From the NCBI GenBank assembly GCA_963978095.1, contig CAXBQP010000039.1, positions 1-28,400 of the forward strand: DNA of 28,400 nucleotides, written 5' to 3'. Of this stretch, positions 28,305-28,400 are shown one piece after another. The notes beneath the pieces were generated by a model. That model ran no database searches. It was not told the DNA's origin and was given only the letters and a program-made list of their open reading frames with translations. The stretch comes from an uncultured bacterium. Lineage in GTDB: Bacteria > Gemmatimonadota > Gemmatimonadetes > Gemmatimonadales > Gemmatimonadaceae. Both the position numbers and the translations under genes were made by a program. Numbering within the stretch: position 1 is the stretch's first letter; each line of letters begins with the position of its first letter.

Positions 28305-28400
28305 CCAGCAGCGCTCCGCGACTTCTGCTGCTCCTGACCGCGCTGCTGTCGCCGCTCACTGTCCGCGCACAGCAACGCGACGGGTTCCCCCATGACGCGC
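28301..28400 (+). CDS. Secreted protein, probable multiheme cytochrome c (3'-partial; not in supplied ORF track)
   Basis: GTG 28301 overlaps the barrel stop (GTGA). It translates as MTSSAPRLLLLLTALLSPLTVRA|QQRDGFPHDA(H?), a signal peptide followed by the FxHxxH-type motif that precedes heme sites in c3/c7-type cytochromes. No CxxCH is visible inside the window. Confidence 0.6.
   Translation, partial: MTSSAPRLLLLLTALLSPLTVRAQQRDGFPHDA

Noticed and set aside
17361..28400. Prophage, integrative element, IS or CRISPR array near the tRNA
   Set aside because: No integrase, transposase, att duplication or regularly spaced repeats were seen in the window.

Overview
High-GC bacterial contig fragment. 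The gene repertoire suggests Gemmatimonadota, but this is inference. Bases 1-32 are an Illumina TruSeq adapter, so the window starts at an untrimmed contig end. 0.03-9.3 kb holds ordinary genes: a 5'-truncated S9 peptidase, an ABC-2 exporter pair, a carboxypeptidase-regulatory-like/TonB-plug-only protein, speA, a Mn-type superoxide dismutase, DedA and a TrmJ-type methyltransferase. From 9.4 kb to the end is a ~19 kb co-oriented electron-transfer supercluster with four parts. (i) A complete alternative complex III operon (actABCDEF) behind a perfect TTGTGAA-N4-TTCACAA palindrome (Rex/CRP-type box). (ii) tRNA-Ala(TGC). (iii) A full System I cytochrome c maturation operon (ccmABCDEFGH). (iv) The most interesting part, a putative porin-cytochrome conduit for extracellular electron transfer. 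It comprises a 9-heme NrfA/OcwA-like lipoprotein, a membrane-anchored NapC/NirT-like quinol dehydrogenase extended to 20 heme motifs, a signal-peptide-bearing predicted outer-membrane beta-barrel, and the start of a further secreted protein with an FPHxxH-like cytochrome motif that runs off the window. Heme counts were made by reading the translations. Fold, function and taxonomy calls come from motif recognition only; no database search was run.
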